Shown: in pieces, positions 41,301 through 56,300 of the stretch | Layout: each line of letters begins with the position of its first letter | Position numbering within the stretch: the first letter of the stretch is position 1 | Assembly: GCA_963514005.1 (NCBI GenBank) | Contig: OY740805.1 | Span: 31,496,001 to 31,560,000, forward strand | Length of the DNA stretch: 64,000 bases | From: Raja brachyura | Taxonomy: Eukaryota | Direction of reading: 5' to 3' | Notes under the pieces: generated by a model | Databases searched by the model: none | Told to the model about the DNA's origin: nothing | The model's input: only the letters and a program-made list of their open reading frames with translations | Position numbers and translations under genes: made by a program

Positions 41301-44300
41301 AGCTGGAAATGTATAGAATGAACGATTTATGAAATCTATTCATTTATTCAAGAGTATCGCATTCTCATATTCCAACGTTAGCTATACCTGCACTCCCATT
41401 CACAATGACGAATGACTTTCATACTGACCATGTGACATGTATTTTTGCACAATAGAAGAAAGCCTAAAACAACGAGATAAAGGTAAACACGAACATTTAA
41501 ATCTGGTCCACCTTAAAGATAAAACTATCTATGTTTTTCTAAATTTAAACTGTGAATAAGTCTCGTAATTTCAGGTAATCTCGCGCGTTGGATTATCATC
41601 AGGATTCAATATCTGCCTGCCCTTATGTTTCTCGTGTATATATATCGCAGAGTCACTGCGATTCGCCTTATTTCAGACTGCATATATCCACCTATTTATT
41701 TTTTAAAAAACATCCGATTGATTATATTTCTATAATGGTATATGGACATACTGATCTGTCCTGCATTCATTCCTACTATATTCTGTTGTACTAAAGCAAA
41801 ACAAGAATGTCATTGTCTTTACTGGGACACATGACAATAAATTCTCTTGAATCTCTTGATTGGTGTTTCTATGTTTTGCATTGTCTCAACTCTCAGGGTA
41901 ATTCAGATAACCAACGGCGACTGTCAATGAACAATCCATTGCGGTTACCGGATCTTCCAGAGGCAGTTTCTGGAATAATTGCTGCAGAACAATATATTAG
42001 CTTCAGATTCCGCAGTTTCCAATGCCTAGTGTGATTTTTACGATAACTATGATCATAAAACATAAAATACATGTACTTAACCGTAATTCACTGGCAAGCA
42101 TTTTCGATCAACGTATCCTACTTGCTTTGACAAATCGCTTTTAATATTCCCGTCGATAGGCTGCAACCTTGTCATAGAAATGCTTCGCAATCCAAAATAA
42201 AATTTAAAGCCTTCAACATCAACTGATTTCGTTTCTATTTAAGTGTTCGTTCCCATGCTAAAATGTTGTCCGTATCAAGTGATAGCGCCCCTGGACTACC
42301 GAAATTAATACAAATATTTTCACTCTGAATTAACAGTGAGCCATTGTTGGCAGGAAGGTCACTCGACATCGCTTACGATTTTTCAGATAATTTCCATTTC
42401 TAGACAAAAAATCTATGTTAATTGAATAGTGATAGCAAAATGATAATAATGGACAAATTATAAATATGTCGCTTGATCTATCTTTTTACATTCGACCATT
42501 TTGGAATGTCGTTTTAAAGACACAAAAGTGAAGGTCCTACTTCCGAGTGAATAATTGAATAAGCTGTATTCCTCATTGCATAAGTTGTGATACATCGCCT
42601 TTGAAGTAAATAACGCAGAAGCTTTAAGGAGACTGGAAAGGCTAAAAAGCCGGATATATATGGAAGTGAGTAACATGGGTAAAATTAACTCACCATAATA
42701 CACTATTTACAGATGCGCTGAGAACTCGGAGAAATCTTGCTGCACCCGGTAAGAGCTGCGGCATGGATATACGAACATGCACAAACAGCGTTTGGAACTA
42801 TTACTTAGTTATGTTAACTTGCATCGATACGTATTCCAATGATTTCTGCCTGACAGGCTTCCGCCACGTGTTTGCATATATGTTAGTTTATTTTCTTTTG
42901 CGGATTATTGTCTTGAATTCCAAGGAAATATCAATGTGGGTGCAGGGAGTTTAAGCAAATGTTCCATTTCGAGTTCGATGCCCAGCATCATGAATCAGAG
43001 GTAATCGGAAACATTGACTGCATGCAGCAAAACTAAATGTTGGTTGTAGGCTTGCTGATTATATATGGGTGCAAATGGGTGCGGATGATGAGAACAGGGA
43101 CCAGTTCCTGGGTAGGGCAGGGCTCCGTTTTTAACAGGCGGAGCAGATGGGGAGGGACTTATTTGAAATTTGCCAATATAATGTTCATGCCATTACGGTG
43201 TAAAAAAAAAACCATGCGGAAAAAAAACCATAGTGGCGGGGGGGGGGGGGGGGGGGGGGGGGGAGGCGGAGCTGAGACGCAGAGAAAATTCGAATCACCG
43301 TGGAGGTAAATGACTGGAAAATGTTTCCCCCGACCCCGCACTCACCCCCTCACCCCAACCCGCCACGTAAAATATACCAAGAGACATAAAAACAAAATTC
43401 GAAACACACTTAAAATAATAAAAACAGAGAAGGCTATAACGGACGCCACCCACTCGCTCATCTGTTTGGGGAATGGGGGAAAGTAGTAATCTCTACTTTC
43501 CATGGCTTAGTACAGAAACGCGGGGTTAAAATCAGACTAGGGGCGAAAGGTCAGTGCAATAAACCTGTGCTGCAGGTTTCACCAATGTATATTAGATTGG
43601 ACAAATTAATGCGAGCGGCAGATTAACTACAGCCCATTTGTTATAAATTGGAACTGTAATCCACGAGTGGAAAGGATTTGGGCGGCTAGTGATATTTTAT
43701 TTTCGATTATTTTCGAGCCTATTTTCATGAATTGTCTATCACCGTATAACATAATAATAACGAGCACATACCTTTTTTTTCACATTTCCCCTTTATTATC
43801 ATTGACGCGTGTTTGACATATTACTTAAATAAATCTAGTTACCTCGGGCACTTTAAACGATGCTCGGAGAACCTGGCAAAATTGACTTCCCTTCCCACAC
43901 GCATAACCTAGGGACGCGGCTTCGCTGGCTTCCTTAGAAAAGGGAAAGGTAGTCAAATGTTCGGGTGGTTGCAACACTGGCTCAGTAAATATTTACAGTC
44001 GAAAGGCTTGCTGTATGCAGTGGGGTAATGTGGATAGTCACTCCAACACCTAGCTGATTCTCAGTTCAGCATTATCCGCAATGACAATTTGAGTGATGGC
44101 GGAGAAATAACTTATTCTTCTTGAGCTACAAAACAAATGCCTTCCCTTATTAAAAAAAAATGCTCAGCTGCAAAATTCGACTTAATTAGAACTGATAATC
44201 ACTTTTGATTGTGTTTTATTTTAGCGAATGATGTCCTCCGCATACAATTCAGTAAAGTATCAATTGTTCTTATTTTAATTTCTTTTACGGGCTCTATATT

Positions 44301-47300
44301 TGATGAAAAAAGGAGACGTTATATTTTGATATCTGTAAAAATATATACAGAATCGTTGAAAAGAGTGTTCAATATTCATTTCAGTCGAGTGCATACAACT
44401 TTAGATTGGTCTCTGTAAATTACGTATGCTTGCTAAAATGCTATCTCTCTTGTCATGGCAGGTACCGTTTTCAGTGCCATAACAAATCACATATAAACAC
44501 ATGGCCGTTTTTCATTATTGCTTTCTATCAGCTCTACGTGTACATTAAAAATGAACGCGTATCCTTTTCTCCACGGCCTGTTTAAACATTAATCGCAAAA
44601 AAAAGAAATATCCTCTTGAGAATATTGTGATCATTTTGATTATCCGACTATTTTGTGCAATGTTTCACAACGCCTCGGATGAAAGCATTTCAGTTTTTTA
44701 TATTTCACTCTCTTGTATTGGGAACAATCTTTCACTAGAGAAAGTTTTCAAATGTTTAAGATACATTTCTTTTTTGAGCACTCCACGTTAGTAATGAAGG
44801 ATGTTTTCCCGAGAGAATCCACAGAATAGAATACGGTGCTCCTGTCTTTTTAACTCAAGGAGTTGCCTGGATTTTTTTATCCCGAGAAGATCTCGCAGTT
44901 TGTTTTAGATTTTCAAGAAACCGCAAATAATTGCGGGAGAGCAAGCTGGATGTAGGTTAGAGATGGGTCAAAGCCTGGAAACTCATGGGTAGATACAGCT
45001 GAGAGCGGTGATACGCGCATGAGACGAGTAATTGATAAGAAATAAAAAGCCAAAGGTCAAAAAGAGGGAAAACGGTGGCATTAACGAAAGAAGAGGAGTG
45101 AAGTATGAAGCCGGAGTGAGGGATATGGATGGAAGGGTATATGAATGACGGGAAAGAGGGCAATAAAAGCTCGTTTCTTCACCTGTTTAGAACAAGCATA
45201 ACACAGTAATTAGGTACTCCGCACCATATTACCATGTATATAGATATTGAGTATTCCACAACATGCACTATTGAATTAATTAGATTTCTTTCTTGCAGTT
45301 AACAAAGTCGCCCAAGTCAAAGGTAGTATAGGCATTATTTTATTCGAAAGGTGTAGATATTGATTTCAATGTAAAGCACTTATTGGTGGAAAAATAAGAT
45401 TTCTTACATGGAGGGTACCTTTTTTGAAATCCATGGGAAATCCTGGTTCGTCTATTTTTCTTGTGTTCACCTCACGTCATTCAAAAAGAACTAACGCCAT
45501 GCTTGACTGAGGAGACAATAATTGATGTTCACTTTCTTTCGAACGTGACTGCAGGTCAGTTGCTGTTTCGGTATCCACTTTCTCCTCCACGATGCTATTA
45601 TTAGTTCTAAAATTGGATATCAGGAAATATTGATTGGCTAAAACGGTTATGTTGTTTTTCGTTACTTTGAGGTCTCACTGCAAACTAGCTTAGTCGGCAT
45701 CTTAGTCGGCGTGGACCAATTGGGTGGAAGGGCCTGTTTTCATGACGGATGACTGTCCGTCTCTAAGTCAATGGTTAAAGAATATGTCTATTCCAACGAT
45801 TGATATTTCCTACGGCGTTGCACCTGGATCCTTACAATTTTACTTCAACCATTGAACGTGTAAGCAAACGATACAAAGGGTAGGCTAGCTATCTAACCGC
45901 ACTGCTCTTTCATATTCTGGGTAGGTGACCATGCTCCATCAATTTGATAAAGTCGTTCCTGGCAGAGCACACAATTCATCCGTGAGCTCGTGCTGGCTTA
46001 CCACAGCAAGCAATTGAAGCGTACACTTCGACAGATCTATGCACATAAAGTGTTTACATGGCAATGGAAACATGCAGGCAAATGGGGCCAGCCATGTATG
46101 CCAACTTGGTCGGCGTGGAAGTCGTAGGATGAGGGGCTTGTTTTGGGTCTAGCTTTATCTCATCCACCCCACTCCCTCTTGTCCCCTCTCCCATCAGGCC
46201 GCAGGTATTGAAGTGTGAAAACGCACACCCACAGATTCAGGGACAGTTTCTTCGGAGCTATAATCAGGCAAATTAACAATACTTTCACCAGGGTTCTGAA
46301 CTATTATTGTCGTCAATTGAGACCCTCGGACCATATTCAAGCGGACGTTACAGGACTTTATCTGACACGAAACGTTATTCCTTTTATCGTCTAGCTGCAC
46401 GCAGCGGATGCCTCGAATGTAATAATGTATTGTCTTTCCACTGACTCTTTATCGCGCAAGAACAGGTTTTCAATCTGTCTCGGAACAATAAATTAAACTA
46501 AACTAATCCATCACTTTGTGATTCTATGAGGTCTGCCCTACTGCACGACGCCCACATCGGCCAACATGTCGCAGCCTCACTAGTCCCATCTGCCCGCGGT
46601 TAGTCCATATCCCTCCATACCTGTCCTATCCATCTAACTGTCTAACAGTTTCTTGAACATTGGGATGATCCCAGCCTCAACTACCTCCTTTGGCAGCTAG
46701 CTCCATACACCCACCACCGTCAGTGTGAAAAAGGTTACCACTCAGATTCCTAATAAATATTTTCTACTTCTCCTTAAACCCCTGGCCCCTGGTATTTGAT
46801 TCACCAACTCTGGGCAAGAGACTCTGTGCATCTACCCGATCTATTCCTCGAATGATTTTATCCACCTCTAAAAGATATTTGCATTCGCCATACGTCATAA
46901 TGCAATGTTCTGGATTGATGTCACTCGAGTTGGTAAATTTGACAGTTATTATTTCCTGGTCCAGTTTTGATTCACCTCAGACAGCAAGTTCCTCTGAGAT
47001 TAATATAAATTGCCTCTGTTTACTTTAGATTTGGAGAAAGTTCGTGGAAATTTAGGTATGCACAAATGTATTTAAGTGTTTGTGCCGTTAGAACTACTCG
47101 TCTTTGACTGAGATTTAAATGTGAGGTCGCAACGGGAGACTGAAAACCAATTAAAATTGAATTAAAATTGTAATTTGCCATTTGGAGTGAAAATAAATTA
47201 ATTTCGGTTTACATGCGGGGGTTAAATCCTAAGAAATGTTAAAAATGTATGGAATGTCCGCTGAAATGCATTGTGTCCATTGACTGAGACCTTGACTGAG

Positions 47301-50300
47301 AGCACGCGAAAAATGTCGATTGCATTTGCAAATGTATATTAAAGTGTTACATTATTAGTCAGCAGAAATGTGTTAATTCGTTTCGGCAGAACCGTCATGT
47401 CATCGATGTATCATCTCACTTTAATTTCTACTCATTTTCAAAAATCTGTCAGAGAATTAAATGTTCCCCGCATGTTGTCGGGTGGTTTAAATGTTCCTCG
47501 CATGTTGTTCCTCAGTAACTTGTCCAATACATGTAAAGCTCGGCAGATAGACAGGAAACACGAAACACTGGGATCAACAGGCTATGAAATGCAGTCTACA
47601 TTCACGTACCGGTGAAAATTAATCTCTAAGGTAGACAAAAGTGCTGGAGAAACTCAGCGAGTGCAGCAGCATTTGTGGAGCGAAGGAAATAGGCGACGTT
47701 TCGGACCGAACCCCATCTTCAGACTGATGGAGCGTGGGGGGGACGAGGGGCGGTGAGAATAAAGGTAAAGGGAGGAGGAGGAGCCCGAGGGCTGAGGGAG
47801 AGCTAGGAAGGGGAGGAGACAGCAAAGGATAACGGAATTGGGAGAACTCAATGTTTATGCCACTAGCGTGCAGACTGCCCAAGCGGAATATGAGGTGCTG
47901 TTCCTCCAATTTTCGGTGGTGCTCACTCTGGCTATGGAGTAGGCCCAGGCCAGAGAGGTCGGATTCTGAATCGGAGGGGGAGTTGAAGTGCTAAACCACC
48001 GGGAGGTCAGTTTGGTTAATGCTGACCGAGCGGAGGAATTCGGCGAAACAATCGTCAAGCCAAGATTAAAATTAATCTCTATCCAGGCTTTGGTGGATTT
48101 CCGCGTACATTTTATTTCAACGTTCTTCCCTTTGTCTTGGTTTGAGCAGAGGACCAGTTAAAAGAAAAATCGAACGGTAGGCATCGGCGACAGCTACATG
48201 CCGTTTCGTTGTATACACTACTAAATTTATGTGTTGAGATTAGTGTGTAGTACACAGTTAAATGCCATGGGACGTGTGTAGGCAAAAGTTTGAAATCTAC
48301 AAACTTGAAGGTCAGTACCTTCGGAAGACAACTACAAATATGTAAGATTATGTCACTTCCTCTTACCTATGCAGTTATCCACAGAGCAAAGCATTCTTGA
48401 TTTTATTTTTGCTTGCAGTACAAAATAAGTTACATCACAGCATGCACCGTTATATCTGCCCCGATATTTAGTTGGATTTGGAGCACTGAATATAAAACTG
48501 GGTAACTAAATATGCGATTCTTACGTTGGGACATTTTGCTGCCGATCCCAGTTTTGTGGTCCTTATTTGGAAAATTGCATTATGACTTCAACGTGTTTAT
48601 ATTTATCTTGATTTTGCTTAATAATTGAGTCATGTTCTAGTACATATGTCTCTATTTTAAAGTTGTATTATTGAACAGAGCAATTTTAGAAATATATCTG
48701 ATCATTACAATATGCAAAAAAATCAAATGTGACATATTCAACTTGATTTGCCTAACATGTAAACCCGACCGTGACAGCTGGACCTTTAAAGGTCTCAAAA
48801 CAAGGAGTGGAATCTTGTCAGCAACTGTGATGGGTTGATCTTATTAAATATGTCCATTACAAGTTTCAGATTTCCCATCGACTTTTTTCCAAACATCATT
48901 TAAGTTTTATCTTCAAATTTGGTGGTATAGAATGCAATACAACATTTAAAAACTCAATTTACCTTTCCAGAACTGACCAAGTTTCAAGAAAAAGGTAAAT
49001 AAATCAGGCCTTTCTAGTATTCGCAGTGCAAATGGAGCGTCCACATCTGAAAAATTGTAGTTCAAATTCAGTTTTCAGCATCTGCCTAGCACTTACCAAA
49101 TGGTTATGAGCAACCTTGCATCAATACAGTCGTTTTGGTGAATCTACTAGCACATTGCTGTTCAGTACGGCACACCAATGTTTACGTAGTGCCAATGAAG
49201 GTCAGGCAACATTATTTCAAGTCCAGATAGACTTATACGATGCACAAAATGCACCCGATGGCCTTCACATGCATCGGCAGTGCTAGCCATTCATGATGGT
49301 CTAGTTCACGTGTTTTAAAGGTACGAATAGAATACATTGGATGTGAATTTGGATATTCTTTGGTCGATGTCACTCACCACACGCATTATTTATTGGGACT
49401 GACCGACTAAATTATTAGGCTGAATTTAGCGAACGTCTTTGGCTGATCTGCTGCCTGGTTTATTAGGAATCGTTGCGGGTGAACGTATTTCGTTACTCTC
49501 CTGATATGTGAATTGTTTGCCCATAGAAGTAAATCGGAATATCCGGAGATGAGCCGATTGCAACAAGATATCCATATTCTGAGTTTCGCTCGTAGTGACA
49601 TTGTTTTTGCGGAAGGTTTTGTTATAATCTTGGTGAACATTGGTCACCTGCATATTAATTGTGATGGATACGCCATGAAAATTATATTCAATATGGACGG
49701 TACATTGCAAGACGGATGGGGACGATTATTGCCAGACATTTCTGAAGCGCACTTCCCACAGGTGTGCCTATCTCAGACTTTCATGCGGCCTTCCTCCATC
49801 ATTGGCTAAGACTTTGACTGGGAAGGGCGAATGGAGTTGAACATTTAACAACATCAACTGATATCTCCAATTTCGAATCGGAGGTAGGAAGGTGATTATC
49901 GAATCAGTTAAATATGGATGAGCAAAAAACAATGGCTTAGTTTAAGTTTTGGATTTTCATATAGGTTTACTGCTATCACGTGCAGCGAGGTACAGTGAAG
50001 TGCTTTATTTTGCATGTTATCAAAATTAAATCAGGTTAAACGACATATAAACACAATCGTCCAAATCAAGTACAAAACATTGAGCAAAAGGGAAGATTGG
50101 GAGGAACAGAATATGCTTCTCAACATTTTCGCGCACCAGCTGCCCAGACAACGTCCAATGACACTATGCGGTAGATGTGATCGGACTTAATTACAACGCA
50201 TTTTTACTTATTTTGATTACAGAGAATCAAATGTTTGAAAAACAGAGAGGTAATACAAGCCAATTTTGTAATTTTGTAACTTGGAATATCGTCGAATCAG

Positions 50301-53300
50301 AACGTGCTAAAAAGGCACGGCTCATTATGAGGACATATTTGAGTACAAACAGGTGAAATACGAGAAGGAATACCAAACAGCCAGTCAATACTAATAAGAC
50401 ATTTAAGAAGCCGTTCTTGATGTGAGTACAACAGGAAAACTGTACAAACGCTGACCGTGCTTACTTTTCATGCAAATTATTAATCAAGAATTTATCGACG
50501 TACACCATCACAGTGCATGTGCCATTGCTTCTTGAGGAAGATTATTTCTGAGATTTGCATGCACAGAAACTGAAAAAACAAATTCGCTTCACTGTTGTCT
50601 TTAGTTAGCAGAATTGTGTTTTAATGAGGTCAACGGAGTGTAATTTCTCAAATACGAAATTCGGATTGAAGTAAACAGGATAAACAATCGTTTGATCCAA
50701 ATAATCTCTGCTAAAAAGAGCATCCGACACCCCTGTTTCGCATGAATGAGCATCGCTGTGGGAATCTGCCCTGCGTTCATCAGTGGATGATGTTGCTCGC
50801 TGCATGGGGACGGAATCTCCTGTTAATATTTCACATCGATATTTAAAACAGATGTGGAAATTGGGAATAAGAAGACTATGCAGTTAAGCAACCTAACTGT
50901 ATCTACGAAACTGCAATTATTTTCAACTTTTTTATAATAACATAAACACCATGAGTTAGCTGAGAACGCTTCAGTGAAATTGATCTCTGCTAACTGATTT
51001 GAAACTCGCAATACCTCAACTGGTGTACTGGGTGACATATCATTTATTATTAATAAAAACATCATACATATTTCAGGTAGTGAAGTTAGCAGAGAGTCGA
51101 ATAGCATATTATTATTATTAATGGTAATATACGTATCGGTAGTTGTGGTAGCAGTAACAATTGCAATAGTAGTAGTAGTATCGTTGTTGCTGTTCTTGAT
51201 ATTATAATACTTATTATTAATTTCCTTGACAGAGATGGAAAGTCTTATTAAAATATCAGGTTCGTATTACCTAAGATCTGCTGTGATCGTATGTTTTTGC
51301 TGAAACGAGGATGAAAGATAATGTGATATAAATAATTAATGACATGACCTGCCTCATATAAAATCATGAGATTTTATTGTATTGTATTTTATTGTATGGA
51401 CTAAAATAAGAGGATCCAAATTTAGCCAACATTCTGTAACCATTCATTCAAACAGCTGCGAGCTCAACAGATCAGTTTCGTCACTTTCTATCCCAGATGT
51501 AGGACATTACTAGAAAATATTTAGATTCCAACTTGATCATGGGGCTCTAATTTTGTATTTGACTACGACAGGACGTTTCAAGCGTACGTTATCAGTTTTT
51601 TTCTTTTCGTGTCTGTGGTGACACAACAGTATTGTGCTTTTCCTGCTAAAATATCTAAATATCTCATGCCTCTCTTTAGGGTAAATACCGGGCAGGTTTT
51701 TAACTGTACTTAGACGTAGAGCACCATGAGTCAAAATCTTAATATAAATAGTTTTGCTGTTTGGACCCTTGCGGAGAGGAAATATTTCAACCCAAGACGA
51801 ATTAATATTTGCAAATCTCCACAGAGGATGGACGCCAAGTCTCCTTAAGTGCATGCAAATCTGCAGTGCATAAATTACTGGATGTTGGAGACCAGGGTGT
51901 TGGAGACTGTGGTAAATTTTGCCCCTGTCCCACTTAGGAAACCTGAACGGAAGCATCTAGAGACATTGCGCCCCACCCAACGTTTCCGTTGCGGTTCCCG
52001 GAGGATCCCGGAGGTTTTTGTCCTCCGGCAACCACCTTCAACTAGCATCGCAACCGGCATTGACTCAAAATTTACCGATTTTCAAAACGGAAACCACTTC
52101 CGACCATTAGGGAGACTGCCAAAAACCTCCGGGAACCGCACGGAAAACTTGGGTGGGGCGCAAAGTCTCCAGAGTTTTCCGTTCATGTTTCCTAAGTGGG
52201 ACCAGGGCATTAGGAACTGTTGTTCAGGCTCAAGTTAACCATGATATTGTTTGGGCCAAGAGAGGGTCCGGTTCCCTCTTGCTGCCGTTCTTTTATTCTT
52301 GAACTTGAAGCCTCCTATATTTCCATCAGCCAAATGTATTCCTACTTCAACTACAAACGTAATACCCACTTGAATTTAGCAGGGAACAGCAAATACGATA
52401 ACTGGCTGATCTAGTTGGTGATTGTTGAAAGTTAAGAATTAAATTAGGACGGCAATGTAATTAACATAAGTTTAATAATACGTAAAGTTACGGTCTCCTG
52501 TAATGGCGACCTTATCGGAGACACAGAAGCATCAACGTCATGTTAAGATTATATAATTTCGTCTAAACTCCATATTATTGCAATTAATTGCAGACCACCA
52601 AGAACGTTGATGGAAATAATTAACAAGCGAAGATGTCGAACAAATTATTAGTATCAGATTTGATTTTACATTAAGTACATTATCCTCTTCTTTATTAGCG
52701 GTTTGGCCGTGTAAGGTGTATTACCTTTGAAATTGTTTTCCTTCCTTATTTCAGAAAAGGAGAATGAGTTAAAGGAAAGAGGTAGTGTTCTTTGGATAAA
52801 CTGCTTTCATGGGTCTTCGTTGCACCAGTTTTTTCTATGGAATGGTAAATGATCTATCATCGACTGATTTGTTTTTTCCCACCAAAAACATGTTCACCTT
52901 AAGTACGAAAACGATTACTTTTTGTTTTCATTTCTTGGCAACGCATTTTATTAGGTTTTGTACAGAATGACCCAAAAATGTTTGTTATTATCGCCCGCTA
53001 TGTTTTGGCAAAAAAGGTCAAAATTGCGTCTAAAATTAATACATAACCAGGAGTTCACCAAGTTTTTTAACATCTCCCTGTCACAATCTATCACACCACC
53101 CTGCTTAACGTCAGCCAACATCATGCATATTCCCAAAAAGCCAGTCCCTGAGAATTTGAATGACTATAGACCGATTGCACTTGCACCAGTGATTATGAAG
53201 TGCTTCAAGAAGCTAGTCCTGCATCATATCAGAACCAGCCTACCCCCCTTCCTCGACCTACATAAATAACAGATCCACTGAGGACGCCATCGCCATAGCA

Positions 53301-56300
53301 ATTCACACCGCACTGAGCCACTTGGAACACCGGGAAAGCTACGTGGCGATGTTATTCATTGATTATCGCTCAGCATTCAATACTATAACTCCGGATATCA
53401 AACTGCTTGACCTAGGCCTCTCCTCCCCCATCTCCGCATGGATAAAAAACGTTCTCACAAAACCGCCCACAGAGAGTTAAACCCGGCCCCCACATCTCCT
53501 CCACCATCCTTTAAGCAGTGGCACACCTCAAGGCTGTGAGTTGAATCCACTCCTTTACTCCTTATACACCTGCCCACCCTTCCAACACGATTAATACATT
53601 TGCTGACGACACAACTGTCATCGGGCTGAACTCAGGGGGGGCGAGTCAGCATACAGGGACGAGATACAGTGACTGTCAGTGGTGTTCAGTAAATAACCTG
53701 AAACTGTACACCACAAAGGCAAAGGAGCTAATAACTTAACTTCAGGAGTAAACGGAACGCACACCCGGCCCCGCTCTGCATACATTGGACATGTGTGGAA
53801 AGGATGCAGACTTTCAAAATCCCAGGAGCCCACATATCCGACGGCCTCTCCTGGTCGGCCAACATCACTGCAACCGTCAAGAGAGCACAACAAAGACCCC
53901 ACTTCCTGAGAGTTATCAGCAGGCACAACACCAAGAAGGAGCTGTTGGTGGCCTTCTACCGGGCGACCATTGAAAGTCTACTGACATATTGCATGTTACT
54001 GTGGTATGCGGGCTGCTCTGCTGCAAATAAGAAAGCGCTCCAGAGAGTGGTAAAACATTAGAGAGAATCGCCGGCAACCAACTGCCCTTCGCTGGAGGAC
54101 ATTGCCACTTCACGCTACCTCAGCAGAGCCACTAAAATCACCAAGACTCCACACAACCTGGTCACCACCTTTTTGAACTGTTGCCCTCTGGCAGGTGTTA
54201 CAGGTCAACCAAAACACGCACTTTCAAACCCAGAGACAGTTTCTTCCCCAAAGCAATCTTCACACTCAATATGAAAAAACACTGAGTATTATTGATGCTG
54301 CACTCTTCCATGCTGCTACCCACCTTGCACTTTACTATCACCATGTGCAATACTGATTATTTACCTATCTTGACACCTAGTTTTTAACATTGTTTTTAAA
54401 TTGTGTCCTGTGTTGTTATGTTTGTATATTATGCACCAATGTGTGTCAATAATAATTTCGTTGTATGCAGTGCTTACAATGACAAATAAAGGCATTTAAT
54501 TTAAAAACATGGAATAGGCCATTCGGCCTTTCGAGCCTGCACCGCCATTCAATATGATCATGGCTGATCATCCAACTCAGTATCCTGTACCCGCCTTCTC
54601 TCCATACCCCCTGATCCCTTTAGCCACACATCTAACTCCCTCCATTTAAGAGCCAATGAACTGGCCTCAAGTACCGTGTGTGGCAGGGAATTCCATAGAT
54701 TCACCACTCTCTGTGTGAAAAATGATTTTCTCATCTCGGTCCAAAAATACTTCCCCCTTATCCTTAAACTGTGACCCCTTGTTCTGGACTTCCCCAACAT
54801 CTGAACAATCTTCCTGCATTCAGTTTGACCCTTCACTGGCAACAGAGATTTGCTTTAAATTGGAGTTGCGCTTGAATCTTGCCTTGCATGTATAAATAAC
54901 CTCCTTCCGTTGCTGATGAGATATCGCAGAAATGAGCTAATTAGTGTTCGCTGCCAATGTTCTATGGAAAGTCACGGCATTATTGTATCAACCAGCAGAA
55001 AAAACCGAAAAATCTTATTAATTTTTCTGTGAGCAAAGGTAAAATAAAGAAAAACACTGAATATGTTTTATATGGTTGATGGGTGCTGTCTTAACATTGT
55101 TTTAGAAACTGCTGTTACGAAGCACACAGTATCATTAAACACGTCAATAACGACGTAATGCTTCTATATTTCCCAACACTCTCTCTGTTCCCTTCCCTTC
55201 CGCAATATTTTCCATCTGCATATCTTACATAGCAGTTAGCACAAACATGTACTTGCCCGTAGGTGATTATTTTATCCTTTAGCTGGTACTAGGAAATAGT
55301 GAGCATATCGATCGAAATACTAATGTTTTATCATACAGCGGTGATCTGAGATCGCCTGCACGTTGCCGCAAAATATGTATTAATGGACTATATTCATATG
55401 ATGGAACATATTCATATAACGGAACATATTCATGTGTGTCACAGATGGATAGGGTAGTTAAGAACACTCGTGTTATGATTGCCTTCATAGGCTAAGGCAT
55501 TGATTGTCAATGTTTCTCCGCCTTGTTGCAGATGGACACAATATTGGTTAGACCGTACGGTTAGGTGTATCGTTGTGGTCTCGTTTATCGTTCGTTGCAA
55601 AAGGGACTCACAAGGATGTTGCCTCAAACTGAAGGCTGTAAATATGTGCAGAGACTGGATGGTCTTGGTGTATTCATATTGTATGATGGGGGGTTCAGGA
55701 GTGAATTTATAGATGTTTGTAGAGTTATGACTGGCATCAGTCGGCATCTTTTTGGTTGCACCAGTTCAGAGCTGTTCTGCATCTCGGAGAAAATGAAGAT
55801 ACAGCTCTCAGTGTGAAATATTCTGTATGTGTGGATCTAATTGTGTGTTGTCTGCACGTGAAAAGTCTACGCTTTGAAGATCTTATGGAAATTTGCAAGT
55901 TAACATCCAGCATTCGGACCCCGCTGGACTAAAACGTCTGTAATTCATTTTTAAAAGATGTTAACTCGAAATTTGTTTTTCAGAAAAAGATCAATTAAAT
56001 CAATTGCTCGATAAGGCCGGTTCGTTAAACTTAATTTTCAGATAGCCAGCCATCTTTACGCTTTGCTTCATTGATTTCAAGTATTTATCGGTTTGATGAA
56101 GTACGTCTATTCTGAAATCCCGTCGTATAGAATCACTTTATCCATTTAACGTAATCATGGCAAATGACTCCCTTCCGCATAAAGGAGAATGCATGTGGTT
56201 AAATCCTGAGCAAATATCAACATGCTGGAGGAAATCAGTGAATTAGGTTGCGCCTGTTTGGGGGAATGGACAGTTAACGCTTCGGTCGGGACCCCTCTGA

